Source of the DNA: Coraliomargaritaceae bacterium
GTDB lineage: Bacteria; Verrucomicrobiota; Verrucomicrobiia; Opitutales; Coraliomargaritaceae
Length of the DNA: 64,000 nucleotides
Assembly: GCA_965656495.1 (NCBI GenBank)
Contig: CBFHKU010000002.1
Location: 96,001 to 160,000, forward strand
Direction of reading: 5' to 3'
Part shown: positions 1-9,418 of the stretch, piece after piece
How positions within the stretch are numbered: position 1 is the stretch's first letter
Layout of the letters: every line of letters starts with the position of its first letter
Notes under the pieces: generated by a model
What the model saw: only the letters and a program-made list of their open reading frames with translations
What the model was told of the DNA's origin: nothing
The model's database searches: none
Made by a program: the position numbers and the translations under genes

Positions 1-176
1 AGGGAAAAAAGGATCCAGCATGCGCACGCACGCACAAGAAAGTGAGCTTTTGTATGCTTCATATATTAAAATAATACCGTTACAGTAAAAACAGATTATC
101 TCCAATTCTAAAATCTTATTATTTGAATCGACTCCTCTTTTAAATACAACACTACTTGCAGCATCGATTTGGACTC

Positions 177-1466
177 ATGCCAACCTTTCAATACAGAGCA
201 CGCACCCGGACCGGTGCATCGGAAGACGGTCAGCTTGAAGCGCCGGACCGCAGGCAGGCGGCTCAGCGCCTGAGCGCTAAAGGCTTGCATCCTCTAAGCC
301 TAAAGGTGATACAAGAGCAAAATTCAAAAGCCGGCAAAGTATGGGAGCAAGTCCGGGAAAAGCTAACCGCCCTGCGTCCTCGAAACAACAAAAGCTCCAC
401 GAGTGAAAGCCCGCAACCCGGAGGTAGCCCCAAAAAGGAAAAAACCGGGCTCACGTTCCTGCAACGCTTACTCGAGCTTCACAGTTCCGGACTGCCCGCC
501 GGTGATTCCGTGAAAATCCTAAGTCAACGCCTCAGCCAGCCGGAACTCAAAACACTCGCCCAAAAACTCTGGCGCGACCTCAGCGAAGGCAGTACCCTCG
601 CGAGCGCCCTCGCCCGCCAACCCAACTATTTCAACAGTTCCAGCACCTACGTGATCGAGGCGGGTGAAGCCACCGGTAACCTTGTTCCGATCCTCACGAA
701 GGTCATCGATTACCTCGAAGAAAAGCAGGCAATCCGCCGCAAAATGCTCGCCAGTATGCTCTACCCCGCCTTCATTTGCACCGTTGCGGTGGGCGTTGTC
801 ATCCTATTCCTGACCGTCCTCCTCCCGCAAATTCAAGGCATGCTCGAACGCCTCGGCTCTGAAATGACCTGGAGCGCGAAACTCCTTATCGACGGCGCCG
901 ACCTCCTCGTGTACTTCGGCCCCTTTGCCCTTGTCGCGCTTGCGGTAATCGCCCTCGCCCTCCGCCAGTGGCGCCAAACCGAAACCGGCCGCGCCCGCAC
1001 CGACGCCTGGCTCCTCCGCGTCCCGCTCCTCGGCCCCATTGCCCTCCACGGGGATCTCTTCCAACTCGGCAACCTTGTCAGCACCCTCCTGCAAAGCGGT
1101 ATCAATACCACTGAAACCCTCCAACTCACCGAGCGCACCGTCAACAACCGCGCCCTACGCGAACGCTTTCGCACCGCCCGCCAGCAAGTCAATGAAGGCC
1201 TCTCCATTGCGCAGGCCTTTCGCCGCAACGCCCTCATGCCCGACCTCGCCCTCGACGTCCTCGCAGTGGGCGAAAACACCGGCAACCTCGCCAAAAGTAT
1301 GACTGAAGTTACCAAAGGCTTCCGGCAGGAACTGACCCAACGCCTCGAACGCCTCACCACCCTCGTCTCTACCGGAGCCCTCGTGGCAGCCTTCCTCCTC
1401 GTCGCCCTCATCGCGATCGGCATCGTCACCAGCGTCTTTCAGGTCAGCCAGTCGCTCTCCATCTAG
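177..1466 (+). CDS. Type II secretion / type IV pilus inner-membrane platform protein (GspF/PilC family)
   Basis: Likely start ATG 177 (MPTFQYRA, typical PilC/GspF N-terminus). Two T2SSF repeats (IEAGEATGNL and VGENTGNL) and three hydrophobic segments. Confidence 0.9.
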   Translation: MPTFQYRARTRTGASEDGQLEAPDRRQAAQRLSAKGLHPLSLKVIQEQNSKAGKVWEQVREKLTALRPRNNKSSTSESPQPGGSPKKEKTGLTFLQRLLELHSSGLPAGDSVKILSQRLSQPELKTLAQKLWRDLSEGSTLASALARQPNYFNSSSTYVIEAGEATGNLVPILTKVIDYLEEKQAIRRKMLASMLYPAFICTVAVGVVILFLTVLLPQIQGMLERLGSEMTWSAKLLIDGADLLVYFGPFALVALAVIALALRQWRQTETGRARTDAWLLRVPLLGPIALHGDLFQLGNLVSTLLQSGINTTETLQLTERTVNNRALRERFRTARQQVNEGLSIAQAFRRNALMPDLALDVLAVGENTGNLAKSMTEVTKGFRQELTQRLERLTTLVSTGALVAAFLLVALIAIGIVTSVFQVSQSLSI

Positions 1467-1648
1467 GCCATGGTCCTGCCAAAAATAAATCGCAATTAAC
1501 CACCGAACGTAACCTTAGGGCACAGCAACGTTTACATGAAACCTCGGTAAGCTTAAAATATTTACATATTAATTTTTAAACCCTTTTTTTTCTTGAATTT
1601 TTTATATCCATTCCATTGTATAGCTTCCTAACCTCAAATTGTAAAACC

Positions 1649-2230
1649 ATGAAGCTTCTAAAATATATTCAAATCCTCATTATCAGCCTCGTCCCCGTCC
1701 TTGTCAGCGCGCAGCAAAGCTACAGTTTCCTCGATAAAGGAAATGTTTATGACAAGAATACCAGCGTTCAGGAAACAATCGGGTCCTTGACGATCACCGC
1801 GACTTCCACAGGCGGCGTCTTCAACTCCAACAAGAAAAACTTCGGTATTGTTGACACCACCATCGATGGCACCGCTGAAATCGTAACCCTCAGTTTCTCG
1901 CAGGCCGTTGAAATTACCCTCATTGATTTCAGCGGAATTGGTAGCGACCTCACCGATGGTGCTAAAATCACCACCACAACTACTCCCGCCCTCAGCCTTG
2001 ATCTCTTCACCGGCGTGACAGGCTTCAGCGGAAGCACCGATATCTACACCCCCGCCACCCCGATCCGCCTCGAACCGGGCGAAAGCATTTCCTTTACCGG
2101 AAGCAGCGATACCTCCGGCTTCGAGCTTCACAGCATCCAATACAATGTAATCCCTGAAATGAGCGCCCAGTCCCTTGGCACCGGCGCCGCCGGACTGACC
2201 CTGGTGATCCTGTCACGGCTCGTGCAGTAA
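1649..2230 (+). CDS. Secreted protein with degenerate PEP-CTERM-type C-terminal sorting tail
   Basis: Signal peptide MKLLKYIQILIISLVPVLVSA, Ser/Thr/Gly-rich beta domain, and C-terminus VIPEMS + hydrophobic helix + SR. Confidence 0.65.
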   Translation: MKLLKYIQILIISLVPVLVSAQQSYSFLDKGNVYDKNTSVQETIGSLTITATSTGGVFNSNKKNFGIVDTTIDGTAEIVTLSFSQAVEITLIDFSGIGSDLTDGAKITTTTTPALSLDLFTGVTGFSGSTDIYTPATPIRLEPGESISFTGSSDTSGFELHSIQYNVIPEMSAQSLGTGAAGLTLVILSRLVQ

Positions 2231-2369
2231 GCGCGGGAGGCAGGCATTTGGAATCGTTATCCCAAAATCGAGGAATTCATTCTCTATTCGATTGGCCCTT
2301 GCTCTCACTTAAGGTCAAAACCTGTCACACCGCTATCTGCTTTGCTTCCAGCAGATAGCGGTGACCCGA

Positions 2370-2546
2370 CTAATCGGATGATTTCAGATGCTGAGTAATG
2401 GGTGCTGCGATGAACCAAAGCGGCATCCCGATAATCATCAGGAGCTTTGTCGTTGAAAGCGTGAGGGCTCCAAAGAGGAAGCAGACTGCTGGTAAAATCG
2501 TGAGCGCCAGGCCGATCCGGCCGATCCAAATTAATAATAAACGCAT
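2370..2546 (-). CDS. 58-aa two-helix membrane protein downstream of the permease (below ORF-track cutoff)
   Basis: Hand translation: MRLLLIWIGRIGLALTILPAVCFLFGALTLSTTKLLMIIGMPLWFIAAPITQHLKSSD*. The ATG is 12 bp after the permease stop, and there are two hydrophobic stretches. Confidence 0.7.
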   Translation of the reverse strand: MRLLLIWIGRIGLALTILPAVCFLFGALTLSTTKLLMIIGMPLWFIAAPITQHLKSSD

Positions 2547-2558
2547 CGTCTCTGCGGC

Positions 2559-3959
2559 TTAAGCCGCCTCCTTTCTAAACATTTTGGTAAACAATAAATA
2601 AAGCACACCGCACCCAATCCAGCAAGGTAAGGGGAAGTACCATGCCGCAACGCCCTTGAACTGTATGCAATAAAGCGCCACCGCTACTGGCAGCAGCCAA
2701 GCCAGAAGAACTGCGGGATTTACCGACCCGCCAAAACGATAGGCATCGAATCGATTGGAATCCGCCTTTTGTTGGAAATACCAATCAAAGAAAATCACGG
2801 CACCCATCGGAGCCAGAATAGTCCCATACAGCCCCACAAAGGTCAGCAATTTCCAGGCAAAAGCCGGGAAGACGCCCGCGATCGTTGCCACCATCCCGGC
2901 GACAAAGGTAACCTTTAAGCGAGAGGCTTTCGGCAGGATCGCCTGAAAGGCCAAACCGGCCCGGTAAATCGTGGGATTCGCAGTCGTCCAACCGGCGACG
3001 ATCACACAAATGATACCTGCCAGTCCGGCGACTTGATTGGCCATCGGTCCCGGCACGGGATTGGTGTTGCCGCTGGCTTTGATTTGGACTGCCAGCATGA
3101 GCGCCGCCGCGATCCACGCCATGTAGTGCCCGACATACATCCCTGCGGATGAGGCCCAGCCGTAACTGGACTTCTTTGCAAAACGGAAGACCGACAAATC
3201 CGCCATACCGACGTGCATCGCAGCATTACAGAACCATGCAAAGAACGCGACGCTCCAGAAGCCCATTGTTGATTCGGCTGATCCACCCTGCGCGACCGTA
3301 ATCGATTCCGTCCAGACCCTGCCGAGCGCGTCCCAGTTGGTCACGCCCAACTCCTTAAAAGCGATCAGACCGCATGCTGCAAAGACCAAGACCATCCAGG
3401 GCGATGCGATATTGGCAAACTTGGCGACCGTCTCGTAGCCAAGCGAGGCCACAATTGAAATGACCAAGCCGACCAGCAGGACAATGACAACAAAGCTTGC
3501 GCTGTTGGGGTACCAATCCTCAATTCCCGGCATCGGCATGTTAAACGGGATGCCCACCGCAGTCGCCGATACCGTGATCATCGCCCCCGCAAGAAAACAG
3601 AACAAGATCCCGTTGGCCAAATTGAAGAGTTTCACCAACTGACCACCGGCAATCTTTTCAAGGTGGTAATAAAGCGTGTAGCGCGCTTGCACCGCAATCG
3701 GCGTGCAAAGATAGCGCCAACTCAAGACCGCCAGCAGGTTGCCAAACAAAAGACCCAGAATGATGTTTTGTAGGCTGACGCCATTGAGCAGGAACAGCGG
3801 GCCGATCATAAACTCGGTACCAGCCGCATGCTCCCCGGCATACATGCCCCAGAATTTGTTCGCACCTTTCAGTTTCCCGTCCGGCACACGTTCACGTTCA
3901 TACTCATTAGAGACAGAATCCGAAGCCGTCTCGTGGGTAGGTGGTGGTAAATCAGACAT
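2559..3959 (-). CDS. NCS1 / purine-cytosine permease-like transporter, putative sugar (rhamnose) transporter
   Basis: 466 aa, about 12 hydrophobic segments, N-terminal EYERERVP and WTTANPTIY motifs like CodB/NCS1-related permeases. Co-oriented downstream of rhaA-rhaM; RBS GGAGG-like sequence not seen on this strand. Confidence 0.7.
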   Translation of the reverse strand: MSDLPPPTHETASDSVSNEYERERVPDGKLKGANKFWGMYAGEHAAGTEFMIGPLFLLNGVSLQNIILGLLFGNLLAVLSWRYLCTPIAVQARYTLYYHLEKIAGGQLVKLFNLANGILFCFLAGAMITVSATAVGIPFNMPMPGIEDWYPNSASFVVIVLLVGLVISIVASLGYETVAKFANIASPWMVLVFAACGLIAFKELGVTNWDALGRVWTESITVAQGGSAESTMGFWSVAFFAWFCNAAMHVGMADLSVFRFAKKSSYGWASSAGMYVGHYMAWIAAALMLAVQIKASGNTNPVPGPMANQVAGLAGIICVIVAGWTTANPTIYRAGLAFQAILPKASRLKVTFVAGMVATIAGVFPAFAWKLLTFVGLYGTILAPMGAVIFFDWYFQQKADSNRFDAYRFGGSVNPAVLLAWLLPVAVALYCIQFKGVAAWYFPLPCWIGCGVLYLLFTKMFRKEAA

Positions 3960-4032
3960 AGGAGGTTTTATAATTATTAATCAATGGTTTCGAAAAAATA
4001 TCTCAATTAAAAAACCGCCTCGATAAGCCCCC

Positions 4033-4347
4033 TCAATCCATATGAAAGACTTCTTTCAACGGCTTGAAGACAGGCATGTTGTCGGGATGCACCTCCATCA
4101 AGTCGGCCATATGATCCCACCAACGCCGCACAATTTCCAAATCCTTCATTTCAGACGCAGTGTTATCCGCGCTGAGTTTCCGGAAGGCGAAAAGGGTGAG
4201 GCTCTCCTCGTCAAAATAAATAGAATAATCCGAGATGCCCGCATCGGTATGGACCTGCGCTAACTCCGGCCATATTTCGTCGTGCCGTTTTTTGTATTCC
4301 TCCACGCAGCCCGGTTTGAGCTTCATCTTAAAAGCGTCGCGTTCCAT
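4033..4347 (-). CDS. rhaM: L-rhamnose mutarotase
   Basis: 104 aa with EYKKRHDEIWPEL, YSIYFDE, RWWDHMADLM and EVFHMD motifs; follows rhaA. Confidence 0.95.
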   Translation of the reverse strand: MERDAFKMKLKPGCVEEYKKRHDEIWPELAQVHTDAGISDYSIYFDEESLTLFAFRKLSADNTASEMKDLEIVRRWWDHMADLMEVHPDNMPVFKPLKEVFHMD

Positions 4348-4353
4348 CTTGGC

Positions 4354-5595
4354 TCAACTCCGTTTTGCGAGCACCGCTTGCTCATAATTCTTGACCGCCT
4401 GCAAAAGATCCAGCTCGCCCGGCACTTCATTGCGTTTGCAGAATTCTTCCCACACGACTGCCCAGGGCAGGGCCTTGGCTTGTTCGAGCACCGCCAAACG
4501 GGTGGTGTAATCGCCCGCGAGTTCGGCGGCACGGAGTTGCTCACGCGGTTCCAGCAAAGCGAGCAGCAAGCTCTTCTGCGCGGCACGTGTGCCGATCGCC
4601 CACGCCGCAATGCGATTGATCGAGGCATCGAAGAAATCGAGCCCGATATGGGTGCGAGGAAGCGCATCACAGCGCACCAACTCCTGCATAATCTGCTGCG
4701 TTGGGTCGTCGAAGAGCACAACGTGGTCACTGTCCCAGCGCACCCCGCGGGAGACGTGCAACAATAACTCCGGTACATACATCAGCACCGAGGAAATTTT
4801 GTCGGCAATCCCCTCGGTCGGATGAAAGTGCCCGGCATCCAGACAGAGCGCCGTCTGGTTCTTGATCGCGTAGCCCATGTAGAACTCGTGCGAACCCACC
4901 ACCATGCTCTCGGAGCCGATGCCAAAGAGCTTGCACTCCACTGCATCGATGTTGTGGGCCGGGTCGAGCTTCTCCGCAAATACCTGATCAAGGCTGTCGG
5001 AAAGACGCTGACGGTAGCTTTGGCGATCTACGGGCAGGTCCTTCATTCCGTCCGGTATCCAAACATTCGTCACCGCCGCACTGCCAAGTTGCTCACCCAT
5101 GGAGGCCGCAATCGCACGACTGCGCTGGCAGTGCTCGATCCAGAAATCACGGATGCCCTTATCGGGATGGCTCAGCGTCAGGCCATCGTCCGCCTTCGGG
5201 TGCGAGAAATTGGACGGATTGAAATCCATTCCAATCCCCTGCGCCTTCGCCCAGTCGATCCAGCTCTGAAAATGCTTTACCTCGATCTCATCACGGTCGA
5301 CGGATTGACCGCCAAAATCTCCGTAAATCGCATGGAGGTTCAGGCGATGCTTGCCCGGGAGTAGCGAAAGCACTTGCTCGAGGTCCTGTCGCAATTCCCC
5401 AATACTGCGAGCTTTGCCGGGATAGTTCCCCGTCACCGCCAGACCGCTGCCCAAGTCTCCGGCACCCTGCTCAAATCCCACTACATCGTCGCCCTGCCAG
5501 CAATGCAACGAAATCGGCGTCGCCGCCATGACCGCAAGCGCCGCTTCCACATCCACGCCCTGCGACGCATAAAGATCTTTAATTGAATCAAACAT
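4354..5595 (-). CDS. rhaA: L-rhamnose isomerase
   Basis: [54 protein letters not shown] and [12 protein letters not shown] motifs. Start taken as ATG 5595 (MFDSIK); the ORF-track extension crosses the promoter. Confidence 0.95.
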   Translation of the reverse strand: MFDSIKDLYASQGVDVEAALAVMAATPISLHCWQGDDVVGFEQGAGDLGSGLAVTGNYPGKARSIGELRQDLEQVLSLLPGKHRLNLHAIYGDFGGQSVDRDEIEVKHFQSWIDWAKAQGIGMDFNPSNFSHPKADDGLTLSHPDKGIRDFWIEHCQRSRAIAASMGEQLGSAAVTNVWIPDGMKDLPVDRQSYRQRLSDSLDQVFAEKLDPAHNIDAVECKLFGIGSESMVVGSHEFYMGYAIKNQTALCLDAGHFHPTEGIADKISSVLMYVPELLLHVSRGVRWDSDHVVLFDDPTQQIMQELVRCDALPRTHIGLDFFDASINRIAAWAIGTRAAQKSLLLALLEPREQLRAAELAGDYTTRLAVLEQAKALPWAVVWEEFCKRNEVPGELDLLQAVKNYEQAVLAKRS

Positions 5596-5619
5596 AATAT
5601 AATTGAAATTTAACCATCC

Positions 5620-5684
5620 AGAATACCGTAAATAAGTCCAAATAAGAATACACTCACTGACATTGTATTTGCATTTTTTGACAT
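5620..5684 (-). promoter_or_regulatory. Putative AraC-type direct-repeat operator and -10 element of the rhaA promoter
   Basis: TGACAT at 5658 and 5679 (21-bp period; ATGTCA on the minus strand). TATTCT on the minus strand at 5625-5620. Lies between rhaA and the divergent AraC gene. Confidence 0.5.
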
Positions 5685-5703
5685 CGCGGGCATCCATAAA
5701 GGC

Positions 5704-6609
5704 ATGTCAGCGCAATCCGACAATTTCAGTCGCTATCTTCCCACCGACCAGCAAGCTAGAGAATGGGGCTGGAGGCTCATCGACACAGGTAGACAAACCC
5801 TCAAACCGAATGCCCCCTACCCCAACCCGGGACATCCCCAAAGCTACCTTTTTGACAAAGACGGACGGCGCACCCTCGATGAATTCCAGATCGTCTTCAT
5901 CGCAAGTGGCAACGGCTATTTCGAGTCGGCATCGACCCCCGGCACCACCATTCCATCGGGAACCGCCCTGCTCTTGTTCCCCGGTGAATGGCATCGCTAC
6001 CGACCCTCTAAAAGCAGCGGTTGGACTGAATATTGGCTCGGCTTCGGCGGACGGGAGGCCGAGCGCATCATGCGGTCCTTTTTCACGCCCCAGAATCCGG
6101 TTATGCCCGTCCGCCAACCCGACGCACTCATCCAGCACTTCCATCAAATCCTTCATTGGCTTCAACAACCTGTCGCAGCAAAAGAACAAATCCTCGCCAG
6201 CCATATCCCACTGGCCTTGGCACTCTTGCGCTCGAATATGCTCACCGACGGGGTCACCCACAACTCAGATGCCGAACTCGTCATGCGAGCCAAGGCCGGG
6301 ATATTGACACAGCTAACCGGTCGCACCGACTTGGAGGCACTCGCCCGATCCCTCGGCATCAGTTACTCGCGCTTCCGCTTCGCATTCAAAAGAGAAACCG
6401 GCTACTCCCCCCGGGAATACGAGAACCTTATGAAACTGAACCGCGCCCGCGACCTCTTGCTGCGGGAACAGAAGTGCGTCTCTGAAACTGCGGACGCCCT
6501 CGCCTACTCCTCCGTTTACTACTTCTCGCGCGCCTTCAAAAAACAGTTCGGCGAATCGCCCAAGCAATGGCTACGCAAAAGAACGAACCCGCAAACAACT
6601 GATACCTGA
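5704..6609 (+). CDS. AraC-family transcriptional regulator (cupin + double HTH), divergent from rhaA
   Basis: N-terminal [11 protein letters not shown] cupin; C-terminal [18 protein letters not shown] and [19 protein letters not shown]. Confidence 0.92.
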   Translation: MSAQSDNFSRYLPTDQQAREWGWRLIDTGRQTLKPNAPYPNPGHPQSYLFDKDGRRTLDEFQIVFIASGNGYFESASTPGTTIPSGTALLLFPGEWHRYRPSKSSGWTEYWLGFGGREAERIMRSFFTPQNPVMPVRQPDALIQHFHQILHWLQQPVAAKEQILASHIPLALALLRSNMLTDGVTHNSDAELVMRAKAGILTQLTGRTDLEALARSLGISYSRFRFAFKRETGYSPREYENLMKLNRARDLLLREQKCVSETADALAYSSVYYFSRAFKKQFGESPKQWLRKRTNPQTTDT

Positions 6610-6615
6610 ATCCGC

Positions 6616-6717
6616 TCAGCACACCTGATTCACCTCGATCCCCAACAAGGACCCAAGCTTTTCGATTTTACTGCCAATATGCCCGAGCCCAATCGCGCAA
6701 TGATGCGCCGGGCCGCC
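6616..6717. repeat. 102-bp direct repeat, copy 1 (duplicate of the 3' end of the isomerase gene)
   Basis: Matches 7987-8088 at 101/102 positions (A6676 vs G8047, synonymous Ile codon). Begins exactly at a stop codon. Confidence 0.95.
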
Positions 6718-6745
6718 ACGAGACTGGCCACCCAAAAAAATAACC

Positions 6746-6778
6746 TTGCAAATATTCCAAATTATGGAAAATTTACAA
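6746..6778 (+). promoter_or_regulatory. Dyad operator overlapping the probable leaderless promoter of the ATPase gene
   Basis: TTGCAAATATTCCA-AATTA-TGGAAAATTTACAA (12/14 arm match). Left arm starts with TTGCAA (-35-like) and the dyad ends 2 nt before ATG 6781. Confidence 0.55.
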
Positions 6779-6780
6779 GG

Positions 6781-7953
6781 ATGATCAAGAGGATCCTCCG
6801 AGAAAAAGTCAACCACGCCTTAACACGACAAGCCGCGGTTGCTCTGATTGGGCCACGCCAAGTAGGAAAGACCACCCTCGCACTGGAAATTGGTCAGGAA
6901 CTCGGGGCACTGTATCTGGATTTGGAAAATAGAGATGACCGCGAACGGCTCAGAGACCCGGTATTGTTCCTCGAAAGCCAAGAAGATCGATTGGTCATTT
7001 TGGACGAAATCCACCGGGCTCCGAAACTATTCGAAACCTTACGAGGAGTCATCGACGAGGGACGCCGAAACCAAAAGGGTCAATGCCGATTCCTGATTTT
7101 AGGATCAGCCGCCATCGATCTACTCCGACAATCCGGCGAATCGCTCGCCGGACGTATCACCTACATCGACATGAATCCGCTATCCGTTCTGGAAATAAAA
7201 AACACGCGCAAAGCCCGCGAGCAACTGTGGCTGCGCGGGGGATTCCCCGATGCCTACCTGGCCGAAAGCGACCGGGAGAGCATGCTTTTGAGAAAAGATT
7301 TCATACGCACCTATCTGGAACGCGATATCCCTATGTTTGGCCCCCGCATTCCATCGACCACTCTGGAGCGTCTATGGTCGATGCTGGCCAATCGCCAAGG
7401 CTCGATCTTAAACGCCTCTCAATTGGCTCGCTCACTCGATATCAGCACACAATCGGTCGGCCGTTATATAGACTTACTCGCGGATCTCTTGCTGGTGAGA
7501 CGGCTCCCCCCTTATCACGCGAATGTGGGAAAACGCCTCGTTAAATCTCCCAAAGTATATATCCGCGACAGCGGGATGCTGCATACACTCCTTGGACTGG
7601 AAACCCTCGAGCAAATTGCCGGCCATCCGATCTATGGAGCAAGCTGGGAGGGCTTTGCACTCGAAACACTGCTCGCACAATTACAATGGCCCGCGACTGC
7701 CCACTTCTACCGGACGTCCGCAGGTGCGGAAATCGATCTTGTAATCGAAAGACCAGACAGAAGCATCTGGGCGATCGAAATTAAGCGGGGCCTTTCGGCA
7801 AAATTGGAGCGTGGGTTTCACAACGCACGCGAAGACCTCAAGCCAGCCAGATCTTTTATCGTTCATTCCGGAGAAGATCGCTATCCGCTCACAAAGGAAA
7901 TTGAAGCAATCGGATTGAGGGAACTCGCAGAGCTATTGCGCGCAGAAGCTTAG
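6781..7953 (+). CDS. AAA_14-type ATPase with DUF4143 / C-terminal PD-(D/E)xK nuclease-like domain
   Basis: Walker A GPRQVGKTT, Walker B ILDEIH, ESLAGR, RGGFP, KSPKVYIRDSG, then EIDLVIE...AIEIK. Start taken as 6781 (MIKRIL); the upstream ORF extension is read through the repeat. Confidence 0.88.
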   Translation: MIKRILREKVNHALTRQAAVALIGPRQVGKTTLALEIGQELGALYLDLENRDDRERLRDPVLFLESQEDRLVILDEIHRAPKLFETLRGVIDEGRRNQKGQCRFLILGSAAIDLLRQSGESLAGRITYIDMNPLSVLEIKNTRKAREQLWLRGGFPDAYLAESDRESMLLRKDFIRTYLERDIPMFGPRIPSTTLERLWSMLANRQGSILNASQLARSLDISTQSVGRYIDLLADLLLVRRLPPYHANVGKRLVKSPKVYIRDSGMLHTLLGLETLEQIAGHPIYGASWEGFALETLLAQLQWPATAHFYRTSAGAEIDLVIERPDRSIWAIEIKRGLSAKLERGFHNAREDLKPARSFIVHSGEDRYPLTKEIEAIGLRELAELLRAEA

Positions 7954-7986
7954 CGCGTGAAACAACACAAGTTGAAGTGATCGGTA

Positions 7987-8088
7987 TCAGCACACCTGAT
8001 TCACCTCGATCCCCAACAAGGACCCAAGCTTTTCGATTTTACTGCCGATATGCCCGAGCCCAATCGCGCAATGATGCGCCGGGCCGCC
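7987..8088. repeat. 102-bp direct repeat, copy 2 (functional 3' end of the isomerase gene)
   Basis: See copy 1; encodes GGPAHHCAIGLGHIGSKIEKLGSLLGIEVNQVC*. Confidence 0.95.
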
Positions 8089-9393
8089 CTTGGACCAGTC
8101 GTTCATAAACTGCTTCGCACCGATATCAAATTTGTAGCGGCTGTTGGTGTTACCAATCTGAAGAATTGGACCCGGGACGGAATCGCCCTCAGCCACCTGC
8201 AATAATACCGAACCGTCACCGCGTGTTACTACCGAGAGAAGCGTCACCGGCCCGTGTTGTACTGTCATTTGAATCGATAATCCCTTCCCCGGTTTACCAT
8301 GATACACAGGAACCGGCACCAGTCCCACCCGGCCTTCGGCAATCGCAAAGTGCGCCGGGCCATCATGCCCAAGATAGACCACATCATCCTTGAAATCAGA
8401 CAGATAAAATTCGGAGAACGAACCACCGACCCCAAACAGATCCATGATCTTCATCGCCTGCACGTTCTTCACCTCACACTCGCCGGCGATTGGAATATTG
8501 CGCCCGGTAAGCAAAGTGTTTCCCGCGATCACAGAGGTCACGATATTTTCATATTCACCCGCACCCTCATAATAGTACGCCATCGAACCCAGATTGTGCT
8601 TCGCGATCAGTTGATCCAGCGCCACCGATGTTTGGGCCGCACGCTCCAACTCGGAACGCTCACACTCATTTGAAACATCGAACTTCTGCTCAAATTCAGC
8701 CACCTTCGCCGCAATTTCGTCAGCGGTGACCGCCTTGCGCAGTTCATTGAGTTCACACATTTCCAACAACTCGAAGTGATTACCGAATACAGATGCCTGC
8801 TGCGTTAGATCACTATACACATCGAGCATCCCGCAAAAATAGTGCCCCATCACCCCAACACGGTTCTCGCGCATCCCGGCAACGACCTTAGCCGCGTCCA
8901 CCCAATCTTCAATCTCCTGCCACGCCTCGGGTTCCTGCAGGTAGCCGGTCACCACATGGTAGTCGATGCCCGTGCGATTAAACACACAGGCAAGCTCCGG
9001 CACCGAGCAGGACTGGCAATGCTCCAGCCACACACCCGTCATCGTGCCGCGATCCCCCAGTGCGTTGAATTTTTCGTAGTCCAATTGCGCCACTGGTTGC
9101 AGATTCAACATCACCACCGGCACTTTGGTTTTCTGCACCACCGGAAGCACCGTCGAAGAGAGCGCGTAGGTGGAGATGAAAAGGAAGATCACCTCAACGT
9201 CCTGCTGTTTGAATAACTTTGCTGCGCCGTGTGCCTTCTCGACCTTGTCCACCATCCCCGCATCGACGAGCTCAATGCCCATCCCCGCGATGCGATCGCG
9301 AATCTGCGCATGGTAACCGTTCAAATTGTCCAGCAAGCCATCAAATTGCGGCCAGTAGGTATCGAGTCCGATTGAAAATATTCCCGCTTTCAT
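7987..9393 (-). CDS. L-fucose/L-arabinose isomerase family protein (substrate uncertain)
   Basis: 468 aa; AGECEVK, SFSEFY, LGHDGPAH and C-terminal GGPAHHCAIG metal-ligand motifs of the FucI/AraA fold. Confidence 0.8.
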   Translation of the reverse strand: MKAGIFSIGLDTYWPQFDGLLDNLNGYHAQIRDRIAGMGIELVDAGMVDKVEKAHGAAKLFKQQDVEVIFLFISTYALSSTVLPVVQKTKVPVVMLNLQPVAQLDYEKFNALGDRGTMTGVWLEHCQSCSVPELACVFNRTGIDYHVVTGYLQEPEAWQEIEDWVDAAKVVAGMRENRVGVMGHYFCGMLDVYSDLTQQASVFGNHFELLEMCELNELRKAVTADEIAAKVAEFEQKFDVSNECERSELERAAQTSVALDQLIAKHNLGSMAYYYEGAGEYENIVTSVIAGNTLLTGRNIPIAGECEVKNVQAMKIMDLFGVGGSFSEFYLSDFKDDVVYLGHDGPAHFAIAEGRVGLVPVPVYHGKPGKGLSIQMTVQHGPVTLLSVVTRGDGSVLLQVAEGDSVPGPILQIGNTNSRYKFDIGAKQFMNDWSKGGPAHHCAIGLGHIGSKIEKLGSLLGIEVNQVC

Positions 9394-9418
9394 AGTTTCT
9401 TAATTTGTTGAAAAATTC

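Noticed and set aside
177..1466. GspF/PilC as part of one operon with the giant pilin
   Set aside because: They are 30 kb apart with no other pilus genes nearby; any link is functional speculation only.
2305..2529. 74-aa ORF from the track
   Set aside because: Non-ATG start and no recognisable features; the overlapping frame 2546-2370 gives a better-placed membrane peptide.
6679..6780. N-terminal extension of the ATPase in the ORF track
   Set aside because: It is translated from the antisense of the repeat and the operator; the family-like sequence begins at MIKRIL (6781).
6616..6816. 66-aa minus-strand ORF ending like the isomerase
   Set aside because: It is only the duplicated 3' end read in frame from unrelated promoter sequence.
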